In this document: piece after piece, positions 38,390 to 48,983 of the stretch | Layout of the letters: each line of letters opens with the position of its first letter | Numbering within the stretch: the stretch's first letter is position 1 | Virus record (IMG/VR): IMGVR_UViG_3300042549_004948 | Location: 1-64,000 of that record | DNA length: 64,000 bases | Source: a virus | Strand: one strand, 5' to 3' | Translations under genes and position numbers: made by a program | Notes under the pieces: model-generated | The model's database searches: none | Told to the model about the DNA's origin: nothing | Seen by the model: only the letters and a program-made list of their open reading frames with translations

Positions 38390-40246
38390 ATGCCAGATCA
38401 AATAGATATAAAATATCTGAATAAAGACTTTTCTACTTTCAAAGCAGATTTGATTGAGTATGCCAAGTCTTACTATCCTACAGTCTATAATGACTTTACT
38501 CAGGCTTCTCCTGGAAGTATGTTTATTGAAATGGCTTCTTATGTAGGAGACGTTCTTTCATTTTACTTAGACAATCAACTTCAAGAGACTTTCTTACAAT
38601 ACGCTAAGCAAAAAAATAATTTATATACTCTAGCTTATATGCTAGGATATAGACCAAAGGTTACTTCTGCTGCTATAGTAAATTTAGATGTATTTCAACA
38701 AATTCCTGCTATTACTGTAGGAATAGATACACTTCCTGATTTTAGCTACGCTATGACTATTGAGCAAGGTATGCAAGTTAAATCAAATGTAAATAGCTCT
38801 GTTTTGTTCTTTGCTTCTCAAAAAGTTGATTTTACTACTTCATCTTCATATGATCCTACTACAATAGAAGTTTACACAGTAGATGGAACTAATACGCCGA
38901 CATCTTATTTGATGAAGAAAACAGTTCAAGCACTTTCTGGTGAAGTAAAAACACAATCATTTACTTTTGGCGCAGCTCAAAGATTTGTTAATGTTACAAT
39001 ACAAGATAATTCTATTATCACAATACTAAATGCAAAAGATTCAAATGGTAATACGTGGTATGAGGTACCCTATTTAGCGCAAGATTATATACTTCAGCCT
39101 GTAGAAAATACCGCCGCAAATTATCCTAGCTTATATCAGTATCAAAATCAGGTGCCATATGTAATTCAAAAAGTTTCTGTTCCTAGACGTTTTGTTTCTA
39201 GGTTTAAAACAGATGGATCTTTAGATATTGAATTTGGTTCTGGCATCAATTCTGTAGCAGACTCTGTAGTTGTACCTAATCCTAATTCTGTAAGCGTAGG
39301 TTTAACTGGTGGCGGGCTTAGCACCCTATCGAGTTCTTTCGATCCTACTAATTTTGTAACTACACAGACTTATGGTCTAGCTCCAAAAAATACTACTATA
39401 ACTTTTCAATATTTAGTAGGCGGTGGCGCATCGGCGAATGTTTTATCAAATCAATTAACACAAATTGTTTCTTCTACAGTATCAGGAAATACAACATACC
39501 AAAATACTATAGTAGTTAATAATACAGATCCTGCCTCAGGAGGCGGTGATGGAGAATCTGTAGAAGAATTAAGATTTAATATAGCAAATGAATTTCCAAC
39601 TCAGCTTAGAGCAGTTACTCAACAAGATTACTTAGCTAGAACAATGAGTATGCCTTCTCAGTATGGTAAAGTTGCAAAAGCATATATTACTAAAGATGAT
39701 GCAACATTTGCAAATTACATGCTAGCTGATCAAAGTCAATTTGATCCAATGCTAGTAAGCTTATATGCACTAGGTTTAGATGCTAATAGTAACTTAGCAG
39801 ATCCATCTCCTGCTCTTCTTAAAAATATTCAAGAATACTTGAAAGAATATAGAATGCTGACAGACTCTGTTAATATTAAGCCAGCTTATATTATAAACAT
39901 AGGATGTAATTTTGATATAATTATAAGACCAAACTATACTAGTCAAGATGTTATAGCAAGGTGTATTCTATCTTTACAAGATTATTTTAATATAGATAAT
40001 TGGCAAATAAATGAACCTATAGTATTAGGAGATACATACTCACTATTAGATTCAATAGATGGAGTTCAAACTGTTAAAACAGTTAATATAGTTAATAAAA
40101 CAGGAGAGGCTAATGGATATTCAAAATACTCGTATGATATTTCAGCAGGTACTTTAGATGGCGTTATATATCCTTCATTAGATCCATCTATTTTTGAATT
40201 AAAATATCCAAATTCAGATATTCAAGGTAGAGTAGTAACATTATAA
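38390..40246 (+). CDS. gp6: Baseplate wedge protein (T4 gp6 / baseplate J-like)
   Basis: YLNKDF, SYVGDVLSFYLD, LAYMLGY, GGGDGESVEELR, QLRAVTQQDY. Confidence 0.88.
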   Translation: MPDQIDIKYLNKDFSTFKADLIEYAKSYYPTVYNDFTQASPGSMFIEMASYVGDVLSFYLDNQLQETFLQYAKQKNNLYTLAYMLGYRPKVTSAAIVNLDVFQQIPAITVGIDTLPDFSYAMTIEQGMQVKSNVNSSVLFFASQKVDFTTSSSYDPTTIEVYTVDGTNTPTSYLMKKTVQALSGEVKTQSFTFGAAQRFVNVTIQDNSIITILNAKDSNGNTWYEVPYLAQDYILQPVENTAANYPSLYQYQNQVPYVIQKVSVPRRFVSRFKTDGSLDIEFGSGINSVADSVVVPNPNSVSVGLTGGGLSTLSSSFDPTNFVTTQTYGLAPKNTTITFQYLVGGGASANVLSNQLTQIVSSTVSGNTTYQNTIVVNNTDPASGGGDGESVEELRFNIANEFPTQLRAVTQQDYLARTMSMPSQYGKVAKAYITKDDATFANYMLADQSQFDPMLVSLYALGLDANSNLADPSPALLKNIQEYLKEYRMLTDSVNIKPAYIINIGCNFDIIIRPNYTSQDVIARCILSLQDYFNIDNWQINEPIVLGDTYSLLDSIDGVQTVKTVNIVNKTGEANGYSKYSYDISAGTLDGVIYPSLDPSIFELKYPNSDIQGRVVTL

Positions 40247-40256
40247 AAGATAAAAA

Positions 40257-41366
40257 ATGGCCATATATAAAATATTTCCTTCTGCTGATGCCTCGATATA
40301 TTCATCCGCTCCTGCACAAAACACAGGGTTAGATGAAATTCTTGAAGTTGGAGTTAAGAATAATTTAACCCCTCTAAACTATTTTGTTGATCCAGTTACA
40401 AGCCAGCCATTACTTGCTGATGATTTAAGAAGATCATTAATACTATTCTCTAATGAAGATATTAGTACACTAAAAACATATGCAACTGGTTCTTGGAAAA
40501 CAAGTCTTAAATTGTATTTAGCAAATGCTGAGAATCTTAGTACAACATATAGTGTAGAAATTAGACAGGTTTCTCAATCTTGGGAAATGGGAACTGGTAA
40601 AAGAGCCGATGTACCTGAAACAAGAAATGGTGTTTGTTGGTATAATACAGGATCTTTTACTACTGCTGGTAATAACTGGTCGCTAAATAGATCTGCATAT
40701 TTAACACCAGGAGGAGGATCTTGGACAAATTTATATGCTACAGAATCATTTACATATACGGCAAATAAAGATATTGATAGTGACGTAACTTCTATAGTAG
40801 ACACATGGTTTAGCGGTAGCGCAAATAACGCAGGATTTATTTTAAAGTTTCCTGATTCTGTGGAACAAAATGATAAGTCTTATATTAATTTAAGCTTCTT
40901 TTCAGTGGATACACATACAATCTATCCACCAGTACTTGAAATTAAATGGGATGATAGTTCTTATTCTACAGGAAGCTTAGCTATTATCAATAACTCAAAT
41001 ACGATAATAACTTTAAACAATAATCAAGGAACATATAAGTACGGAACTAACAAATATAGATTTAGAATAAACTCAAGAGATAAATATCCTGCTAGAGTGT
41101 TTACTACGTCTTCTCTGTATACATCAAATAAAGCGCTACCGCAGACAGCTTATTGGGCTTTACAAGATTTAAAAACAGAAGATATAGTTATAGACTACGA
41201 TACAGATTATACTAAAATAAGCTGCGATAATACTAGTAGTTACTTTGATCTTTATATGAAAGGTTTAGAACCAGAAAGATATTATAAAATATTAGTTAGA
41301 ACAGTTTTATCAGACGGAGAATCTTATGACACCGATAATAATCTAATATTTAAAATAATTAGGTAA
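40257..41366 (+). CDS. Baseplate-associated structural protein
   Basis: DASIYS..P.QNTG.DEILEV, RRSLILF, FFS...TIYPP.LEIKW (DNRLRE-like beta domain). Confidence 0.6.
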   Translation: MAIYKIFPSADASIYSSAPAQNTGLDEILEVGVKNNLTPLNYFVDPVTSQPLLADDLRRSLILFSNEDISTLKTYATGSWKTSLKLYLANAENLSTTYSVEIRQVSQSWEMGTGKRADVPETRNGVCWYNTGSFTTAGNNWSLNRSAYLTPGGGSWTNLYATESFTYTANKDIDSDVTSIVDTWFSGSANNAGFILKFPDSVEQNDKSYINLSFFSVDTHTIYPPVLEIKWDDSSYSTGSLAIINNSNTIITLNNNQGTYKYGTNKYRFRINSRDKYPARVFTTSSLYTSNKALPQTAYWALQDLKTEDIVIDYDTDYTKISCDNTSSYFDLYMKGLEPERYYKILVRTVLSDGESYDTDNNLIFKIIR

Positions 41367-41704
41367 TGGCAAATATAGATTTAGTAAAAGAAATTTATGG
41401 TGTCAATACTTATTCAAAAGCAGTAGATACTAGCTTTACTGAATTAGTAGCACCTGTTCAAGAACTGACAGCCAGCTTAATTACAGTAGATCAGTTTTTT
41501 ACTTATTATGATGAATTATTCTTTAATATACCAGTATCAGGATCTATAAATTCACACACATACTTGGTTGAAAGAAGCCAACAATATATTGGAGGTTCTG
41601 TAATTGATGCTGAAAAGCAAGCACTTATAGAAGAAATTAACTCACTTCGTCAACAATTATTAGATTTAAACCAATCGTTTAGTAATATTAACGATCTACT
41701 ATAA
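41366..41704 (+). CDS. Baseplate-cluster hypothetical protein
   Basis: TAATG-coupled; C-terminal coiled coil. Confidence 0.65.
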   Translation: MANIDLVKEIYGVNTYSKAVDTSFTELVAPVQELTASLITVDQFFTYYDELFFNIPVSGSINSHTYLVERSQQYIGGSVIDAEKQALIEEINSLRQQLLDLNQSFSNINDLL

Positions 41705-44700
41705 TGGAATTAATAAACATAACATATTCAGGAGAGGGTAAACAACCAATAGAGCTTACGCCCAGTGATAGTCAATTAGTTACTTCTAACTTTATTAATT
41801 CTAATTTTGGTGCCACAGATGACTATATGGAGTTATTCATATCTGATCAATCAGGGCAGTTATTAGATCAAGATTATGACGCATTTGATTATTATCCTTT
41901 TTTATTAAACAATCCTCAAAATAATACATTCTCTGCTTTAACTTTAGATCCAGAAAGAGATCTTAAAAACAGAGGTTTTAATAGAGGGAGTCTTAATGCC
42001 CAATATAATTTTTATAAGAAGTTATTTAATTCAGAATTTGGAGTTTACTATTGGATTAAAGAAATTTCAACTTCTAGAACAGAATTAAAATTAGCTTCTC
42101 AAGTAATACCTAATCAGCAAATTTTAGATGGGTTTAATGCGTATCAAGCTTATATATCTACTAAAAACTACTATCCTATATTTTATTTGAATTTTGGTGA
42201 TAATGTTTTAGTAACAGCAAATAATGTAGCATACACAGAAGATGAACAGGGGGGTTATTTATTAGTTAAGCTTTATGAACCGCTACCTACAGAATTTGAT
42301 ATAAAAAATCAATTGTGGATAATAGATAAGGTAGCAGAGTCTGTAAGTTTTGATGTTGATATTCAAGTTCAAGTAGAAGATACAGTAAATGTAAATAGAC
42401 TAAGAGGTCCTAATTTTAATGTTAGATTAAATACAAAAAACGGACAAACAACTCCATATTATAATTATAACAATTTATTAGCGAGTCCAGTAACTTCATC
42501 ATATCAAAAGTTATTAAGTTATTATCAAGATAAATCTGTAGACATTAATGTAAATTATTCTAGTTTTGATAATTTTATTCACTGGTCTAGTGCTGTTGAG
42601 AGAGTTAGTAACTTTGTTTATAAACTCCAACTTATTGAATCTAGTTCCGCTGATTTATCTGCTCAACAATCAATTATAGGAGGCTCTGGGGCATTATCTA
42701 TTGCGTCTTCAAGTATAGGAGCAATAGAATCTTATATAGATAATATTATACAAAATTTTGATCCATACGAATATTTTTTATATTTTGAATCTTCAAGTTT
42801 TGCTTGGCCAAAATCTACTTCTACTCAACCTTATAGCATATATTCTGTATCATCTTCTATAGCTAAAAACTTTTTAGGTGGAGTAAACACAATCCCAACT
42901 CCGACTACTCAATCTTTATTATTTTCTGCATCTTATTACGACACTACTAACAAAGACCTACTTCATAATTCTATACCTCAGTACTTATTAGACGATTCAA
43001 GTAACGAGCCGTATATGACTTTTATTGATATGGTAGGTCAGCACTTTGATAATATTTGGATCTACTATAAAGATATTTCTAATAGGTATGATGCTACAAA
43101 TAATCCTGAGACTGGTATATCATTAGACGTGGTTTCAGACGCACTGAGGAACTTTGGTATTCAATTATATACAAACACTAACGTATCAGATAACCTCTAT
43201 TATACGTTGTTTGGAATCAACCCAGATGGATCCCTACTGCCTCCTACAGGTTCTGAAATTATAACTAACTATGTTACTTCAAGTTTAACCACACTTCCTG
43301 CCCAGACTATACAGGACGAAATATATAAGAGACTCTATCACAACTTACCGTATTTACTTAAAACAAAAGGTACAGAAAGAGGAGTAAAAGCTTTAATCGC
43401 TACTTATGGTATTCCCGATAGTATTTTAACTGTTCGCGAATTTGGTGGAAACTTTGTAGATGATGTAGATGGAGTATTTGATTTAGATACATCAGAATAT
43501 AAAATTGCCATTGCTACAGGATCCAATGGAAATGTGACAGGTAGTTTAACTTTATCATCTTCACTACTCTCTCCATATACTACTATACAATACTATGAAA
43601 AAAATCATAGAGTTAATAGTACAAATATAGAGGTTGGATTTTCTCCGGCCGATGTAATTAATAATAATATATCTTCTCAAGGGTTTTTTAGCATAAATCA
43701 ATTAATAGGAAAACCATCAGACCAGTATTCTTCATCCTATCAACCTTTAGTAAGTGCAAGTAATGCGTACTTTAGCACATATACTCAACCAAATAGTGTT
43801 TGGGAATACATTAGACTGCTGAAGTTTTATAACAATAGTATATTCAAATTAGTAAAAGATTTTATTCCTGCTAGAGCAAATGTTTCTACCGGCATTATTG
43901 TTAAATCACACATGCTAGAAAGAAACAAATATGCTCGCCATGAACCTGATGTAAATATAGAAAATAACTTCTCCCAGTCTATAGATATGGTTTCAATAAC
44001 TGGCTCAGAAGCTGGTGCAATTTCTGGGTCTACTTATTGGGATGGATTTATACAATCTCCAAATGGGCTTTCTTCATATACTAGTTCTCAAAATATAGAA
44101 CTATATAATGGTGAATTTAGTGGATCAACAATAGTAGTTACAGATGGAAATACTTTTAATAATCAATCTGAAATTTCTTCTATTAGTATTAGTGGATCTT
44201 CATTTGTAACATACTCACTTGGAGCACTGTATCAAAATATCACAGAATCAGTAAACTCTTTATATTTCTTCGATTTAGATTATAATTCAGATCAATTAAA
44301 GCCTGTTAATTATAATGCTGTTACTTATTCATTGAGTCAATCTCAAATAGATAATTATACAACATACAACAATCCTAATAACCCTTACGCTCAACTTCAA
44401 GATTATAATTACTTTTTGAAAAGATCAATTATACCAAGATACGAAGGATCTAAAATTCAAAGTGCTACATATAATGTTTATACAGACGGAGATAATTCAT
44501 ACGGTAAAACAGCCGTAATAGATAAAGGAAAATATCAATACGCATATTTAATTGACATCTATACATCGTCAGCTTATTTCCCAGGTAGATCTAATGCGCA
44601 GATCAAATATTTAATTGATAATAATGAAAACATACTTGATCTAACTAAAGCTAACACTAATATATTTGAAATACAAAATGTATTTCAATCTCAACAAACT

Positions 44701-45927
44701 TGTGATATTGGATTGTTTAAATATGATGAAGAGAATCCATATTCTCAACTATTAGCAAATAATCCAACTCAGGTAATATATGAAGGAGGATTTAGATATC
44801 TTCCAATGTTACATAATATTACTGGAGGGGTAAGTGTAACTCAATCATATACTTTAGATTCTCCTATACAAATAACTGTTCAAGGAAGTACCACCACAGC
44901 TCCAACATCAAGTGAAACTAATCCTGATAATTATATTCTAGATCATTGGTCTAAAGAAATTGTTTATGGAGGAGGGTATAGTGCGTATTTTATAAGTATA
45001 AGAGCATATTTTAATGGGCCCAATCTTTCTGAAGATGTTACTCTACAAGTACGTACGTTTTTAAATAATGATGGAGTATGTGGAACTGCAAGAACATTTA
45101 GTGTAACAATTTTACAGGGTGACACTATTGGATTTAGTAGTCAAGACGTGCTTGTTATTCCACCACCCGCACCAGGTCAACCACTAAATAGCACTGGAAA
45201 TGGCGCGCCATTTGAAAGTACAGCATTCGCGTCTCCGACTACTACTCACTGGCCTCCTACAGGAGTTACAAAAACATGCGGATTAGATGTATTAAGCATT
45301 GCAGGCGGTAGTACGGGCGGTGGCGGTAGCACAACAACTTTTGAATCAACATTTTTGGTTTCTCAGGTAACAGGAAGTCCTTGTTTATACTATCTATCAG
45401 AATCTCAAGAAGTAGTATTCAATTCAACATTAGGATATCACTTTACCAATCCTGTAACTTTTAATTCTACTAGTGATCCATCTTGGCCAGCAGAAACTTT
45501 AGAAAGGGTAGTAATTCCATTTAGTTTAAACTCAGGAGATAAAATATCATTTTTTGATACTGGTTCATTGGGTTGGAGTGAAAATTCTGAGTATACTATA
45601 AAAAATGCCTATGTCACTGGTTCAGGTATTACAGGATCTAGGCTTATTGCCCAACTAGATAGATCACTTAATGCTGCGGTATTATCCTCAGGATCTGGTG
45701 TACCTGTTGATCCTTTTACAGGGTCTCCTTTTAGAGTTTGTAGATATATAGTATGGAAACACGTCCCAGATGAAACTAATGTAATTTTAAGATTTAATCC
45801 AGTAAGCCCTACATTAACAGAAGAAGGATTATTATTTCCTCAATATATATCAGAAATAGTTAAGCAAAACTCAGGTAATGTAATTAAAGCATTAAGATCT
45901 CAGAATCTTTTGCCACCATCACCTTAA
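41704..45927 (+). CDS. Large baseplate wedge protein (gp7 / P2 gpI-like)
   Basis: FIDMVGQHFDNIW, LYHNLPYLLKTKGTERGVKALI..YG, KDFIPARA; 1407 aa. Confidence 0.7.
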   Translation: MELINITYSGEGKQPIELTPSDSQLVTSNFINSNFGATDDYMELFISDQSGQLLDQDYDAFDYYPFLLNNPQNNTFSALTLDPERDLKNRGFNRGSLNAQYNFYKKLFNSEFGVYYWIKEISTSRTELKLASQVIPNQQILDGFNAYQAYISTKNYYPIFYLNFGDNVLVTANNVAYTEDEQGGYLLVKLYEPLPTEFDIKNQLWIIDKVAESVSFDVDIQVQVEDTVNVNRLRGPNFNVRLNTKNGQTTPYYNYNNLLASPVTSSYQKLLSYYQDKSVDINVNYSSFDNFIHWSSAVERVSNFVYKLQLIESSSADLSAQQSIIGGSGALSIASSSIGAIESYIDNIIQNFDPYEYFLYFESSSFAWPKSTSTQPYSIYSVSSSIAKNFLGGVNTIPTPTTQSLLFSASYYDTTNKDLLHNSIPQYLLDDSSNEPYMTFIDMVGQHFDNIWIYYKDISNRYDATNNPETGISLDVVSDALRNFGIQLYTNTNVSDNLYYTLFGINPDGSLLPPTGSEIITNYVTSSLTTLPAQTIQDEIYKRLYHNLPYLLKTKGTERGVKALIATYGIPDSILTVREFGGNFVDDVDGVFDLDTSEYKIAIATGSNGNVTGSLTLSSSLLSPYTTIQYYEKNHRVNSTNIEVGFSPADVINNNISSQGFFSINQLIGKPSDQYSSSYQPLVSASNAYFSTYTQPNSVWEYIRLLKFYNNSIFKLVKDFIPARANVSTGIIVKSHMLERNKYARHEPDVNIENNFSQSIDMVSITGSEAGAISGSTYWDGFIQSPNGLSSYTSSQNIELYNGEFSGSTIVVTDGNTFNNQSEISSISISGSSFVTYSLGALYQNITESVNSLYFFDLDYNSDQLKPVNYNAVTYSLSQSQIDNYTTYNNPNNPYAQLQDYNYFLKRSIIPRYEGSKIQSATYNVYTDGDNSYGKTAVIDKGKYQYAYLIDIYTSSAYFPGRSNAQIKYLIDNNENILDLTKANTNIFEIQNVFQSQQTCDIGLFKYDEENPYSQLLANNPTQVIYEGGFRYLPMLHNITGGVSVTQSYTLDSPIQITVQGSTTTAPTSSETNPDNYILDHWSKEIVYGGGYSAYFISIRAYFNGPNLSEDVTLQVRTFLNNDGVCGTARTFSVTILQGDTIGFSSQDVLVIPPPAPGQPLNSTGNGAPFESTAFASPTTTHWPPTGVTKTCGLDVLSIAGGSTGGGGSTTTFESTFLVSQVTGSPCLYYLSESQEVVFNSTLGYHFTNPVTFNSTSDPSWPAETLERVVIPFSLNSGDKISFFDTGSLGWSENSEYTIKNAYVTGSGITGSRLIAQLDRSLNAAVLSSGSGVPVDPFTGSPFRVCRYIVWKHVPDETNVILRFNPVSPTLTEEGLLFPQYISEIVKQNSGNVIKALRSQNLLPPSP

Positions 45928-45984
45928 ACTTAAATTTTAAAAAGTCAAAAGAAAGATATTTATTTATAAAACAAAAGATTATAT

Positions 45985-46644
45985 ATGTCATATTTAAGTA
46001 GCACATCAGTAGTAGTTGACGCCATCCTTACTAAAAAAGGCAGGGAACTTCTAGCCAAGAATGACGGATCATTCAGGATCACTCAATTTTCTCTAGCAGA
46101 TGATGAGATCGACTATACCCTCTACAATCCTAATCACCCATCAGGATCTGCATTCTATGGTGAAGCTATTGAAGCTATGCCAATTATTCAGGCATATCCT
46201 AATGATCAAGAGATTATGAGGTACAAGTTAATCACGCTCCCTAGAGGAACTGCTAAAATCCCAGTACTTGATCTTGGATATACTAATATAACTCTTAAAC
46301 AAGGAGCTTCACTTTCAATAACTCCTCAGACGCTTAACTATCTTGGAGCAACATCAACATTTGAACAATCAGGATACACTGCCACGATTGGTGATGTTAG
46401 AACAGTGAGTAGTTTTAATGGAGTCGGCATTAACACACCAGAAGCTACCAGCTTAAACTCAACGACCACAATTGGTACTAATGTAAGTAAAACCGTAATT
46501 GGAACTACAATTAATATATCTGCTACTACGGTTAATACATTGTTTGGTGCTAATACATCTTTACAAACAACATTAATTGTGGTTGGTCGTGATTCTGGAG
46601 CTAGAATTTCTGTACCTGTAACAATAGTAAAAGTAAATCAATAA
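45985..46644 (+). CDS. Baseplate / fibre-attachment protein
   Basis: DAILTKKGRELLA...ITQFSLADDEIDY motif. Confidence 0.6.
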   Translation: MSYLSSTSVVVDAILTKKGRELLAKNDGSFRITQFSLADDEIDYTLYNPNHPSGSAFYGEAIEAMPIIQAYPNDQEIMRYKLITLPRGTAKIPVLDLGYTNITLKQGASLSITPQTLNYLGATSTFEQSGYTATIGDVRTVSSFNGVGINTPEATSLNSTTTIGTNVSKTVIGTTINISATTVNTLFGANTSLQTTLIVVGRDSGARISVPVTIVKVNQ

Positions 46645-46655
46645 TAGATTAAAAT

Positions 46656-47702
46656 ATGTCATTCACTAGATTAGACCCATCAGATTTTGTAGTATCAGCT
46701 GATTCAGTTACAGCGCCGGCATGGAGCAATAATGTACCTACTCTAACTGCTTTTTTTACAGCCTCTTCTACAGCAACAGGTAGTTATTATGTAGATGTTT
46801 ATAATGGAATTTTTACTAATATTAGTTCATCAGTACAATTCTCAGTAGCATACGGAAATATTTACGGTTCTGGATCTGCGCCTCTAAATTCATTAGTACC
46901 GGGAAACAGCCCTACTAGAATTACATTTGGGCAATTTAGAAATATTATTTATGGAGATGCAGAAAGCCCAGTAAATTTTGGGTCTGGTAATACTGGTTCT
47001 GTAGATTTAATTGCTATTCAAGTTGATAGAAATAGATATAAAGAGTCTTTGTTCCCAGGAACATTTAACCTTAAACTATCTTATAAAACAAATACAGCTC
47101 CAATTCAATTAACAGATAATTCAAATGATATATCTACTATAACATATTTAGATTGTGGTAGGGCTTTTAATATTATCTCTGGATCTAATGGAAGTGCTGC
47201 AGCCTCTCCTCTATTGAGTGGAGCTCCTGATAAAGGATACACTGCTTCTGGGTCATATGGACTATATCTTCCGGATGTTGGATTGATCTTATTAAATCCA
47301 AAGGCTTTATATTTAAATGCTGCCGGCGGAGGAATAGACTTAGCCTTTCTTACAGGATCAGCTAATAGTACAGTTCAAGCTTCTTCGTATAATAACAATG
47401 CTATTTTTGAAGCCATTAATTCAGGAAGTTTCTTTCAATTAAATTCTCAAGAAACAATATCTTCAGATTATATCTTTGTAAGGATTAAAAACCAAGATTA
47501 TAATTATACAACTAACCCATCATTTATATCTGGATCTGGTACTTTGATATACTCAAATTTTATCAACAGTCCTCAGACATTCCCTACAAGTGTTGGATTG
47601 TATAATGATAATAATGAACTACTTGCTGTAGCTAAAATGTCAAAACCTCTTACGAAAGATTTTACTAAAGAGGCTTTAATTAGAGTAAAACTAGACTTTT
47701 AA
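46656..47702 (+). CDS. Baseplate-associated protein (intact paralog of the split gene)
   Basis: C-terminal YNYTTNPS...VGLYNDNNELLAVAKMSKP...IRVKLDF. Confidence 0.65.
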   Translation: MSFTRLDPSDFVVSADSVTAPAWSNNVPTLTAFFTASSTATGSYYVDVYNGIFTNISSSVQFSVAYGNIYGSGSAPLNSLVPGNSPTRITFGQFRNIIYGDAESPVNFGSGNTGSVDLIAIQVDRNRYKESLFPGTFNLKLSYKTNTAPIQLTDNSNDISTITYLDCGRAFNIISGSNGSAAASPLLSGAPDKGYTASGSYGLYLPDVGLILLNPKALYLNAAGGGIDLAFLTGSANSTVQASSYNNNAIFEAINSGSFFQLNSQETISSDYIFVRIKNQDYNYTTNPSFISGSGTLIYSNFINSPQTFPTSVGLYNDNNELLAVAKMSKPLTKDFTKEALIRVKLDF

Positions 47703-47708
47703 AAATAA

Positions 47709-48938
47709 ATGTCAAGAGCGAAGAATACGATAAAGTTATCTGATATATCTTCGACTCCTATTAAAGTATTTTATTCTTCCTCTTATGCTAGTCAGTCTTT
47801 AATAGACTCAGGAATAACTACTAATAGGGGTACGAATATACCTCTGTCAGCTTCTATGTCTACAACTAATCAGACTAGAATGGTGAATTATAGAGTCATG
47901 AAACAACTCTATTATCAACCCTATTTAACAGGATCATTACTTAATTCAGCTTCTTATTGGGCACAGTCTTGGCAATCTACTGCCGCCTCTGGTACTTTTG
48001 ATGATACCAATCTAACATTTCCAGGTGAAATAGGAAAGAACATTAGCTTTTTAGCAATTCCTCCAATCACATTTGGTGAACAAATAAGTAGAAAGAGTTT
48101 TAATATAGCTTCAACAGATTCTGTTAGTTATAATATAATTGATGATGGAAATGGAAATATAGTTGACTCGCTTTCCAATTCTATTCACGTAGGAAACATA
48201 TTTTATGCACAAGGTATAGTTACGATCACAAATAACGATTATGTTGGCATAGCTTTAAATAATAACTTTACTATTAGTAGTAGTGTTATTCCTTCACCGT
48301 CAACTACTCCTAGCGTTTCTGTTACACCTAGTATATCAGCAACTCCTAGTGTAACTCCTAGTATATCTGTAACTCCTAGTATATCTGTAACTCCTAGTAT
48401 ATCTGTAACTCCTAGTGTAACTCCTAGTATATCTGTAACTCCTAGTATTTCTATGACTCCTACTTTGAGTCCTGGTATTTCATTAACACCTAGTATAACA
48501 GTAACTCCTAGTATTTCTCCTACTCGTACAGTGTCTGTCACCCCTAGTGTTACTAGAACGCCTAGTCCGACCCCGGCTTTTTATACTGTAACTGTAGATA
48601 GGGCATTTCAATCTGCTGTAACTGTTCCACCTCCTGCAAGATTCTGGTATAAATTAGGAGCTGGCGGTACTAAAACAGAAATAGGAACATCAACAAAAAC
48701 CCCTGTTTGTAATACAACAGCAACTCAAGGAACTATAACAAATATACCGGCCGGAACCGTATTATATCTAGGTGTAGAAGCTGATAGCGTAGGTGTTAGA
48801 TTTGGTCCAGGCGGTTGTGCAGGATCAGCTCTTTCAAATTGTGGTTTTGATTTCTCACCTTATTCATTTACGGTAACCTCTAGTACTACTGTGACATTAA
48901 AAGTTGCTATAAATACTGGAGATTATATGACATGTTAA
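47709..48938 (+). CDS. Chimeric virion protein: baseplate-paralog N-domain + S/T/P mucin-like stalk + Cys-containing tip domain
   Basis: N-domain aligns with the 46656 protein up to VGNIFYAQGIVTIT; then (SISVTP)n; then ~120-aa domain ending YMTC. Confidence 0.75.
   Translation: MSRAKNTIKLSDISSTPIKVFYSSSYASQSLIDSGITTNRGTNIPLSASMSTTNQTRMVNYRVMKQLYYQPYLTGSLLNSASYWAQSWQSTAASGTFDDTNLTFPGEIGKNISFLAIPPITFGEQISRKSFNIASTDSVSYNIIDDGNGNIVDSLSNSIHVGNIFYAQGIVTITNNDYVGIALNNNFTISSSVIPSPSTTPSVSVTPSISATPSVTPSISVTPSISVTPSISVTPSVTPSISVTPSISMTPTLSPGISLTPSITVTPSISPTRTVSVTPSVTRTPSPTPAFYTVTVDRAFQSAVTVPPPARFWYKLGAGGTKTEIGTSTKTPVCNTTATQGTITNIPAGTVLYLGVEADSVGVRFGPGGCAGSALSNCGFDFSPYSFTVTSSTTVTLKVAINTGDYMTC
48291..48576 (+). 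repeat. 18-bp/12-bp tandem repeat encoding S-[IV]-S-V-T-P
   Basis: Consecutive copies of ACTCCTAGTATATCTGTA. Confidence 0.9.
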
Positions 48939-48983
48939 ATAGTTTTATAATATTAGATAATAGCAAATAAATATATATATTAA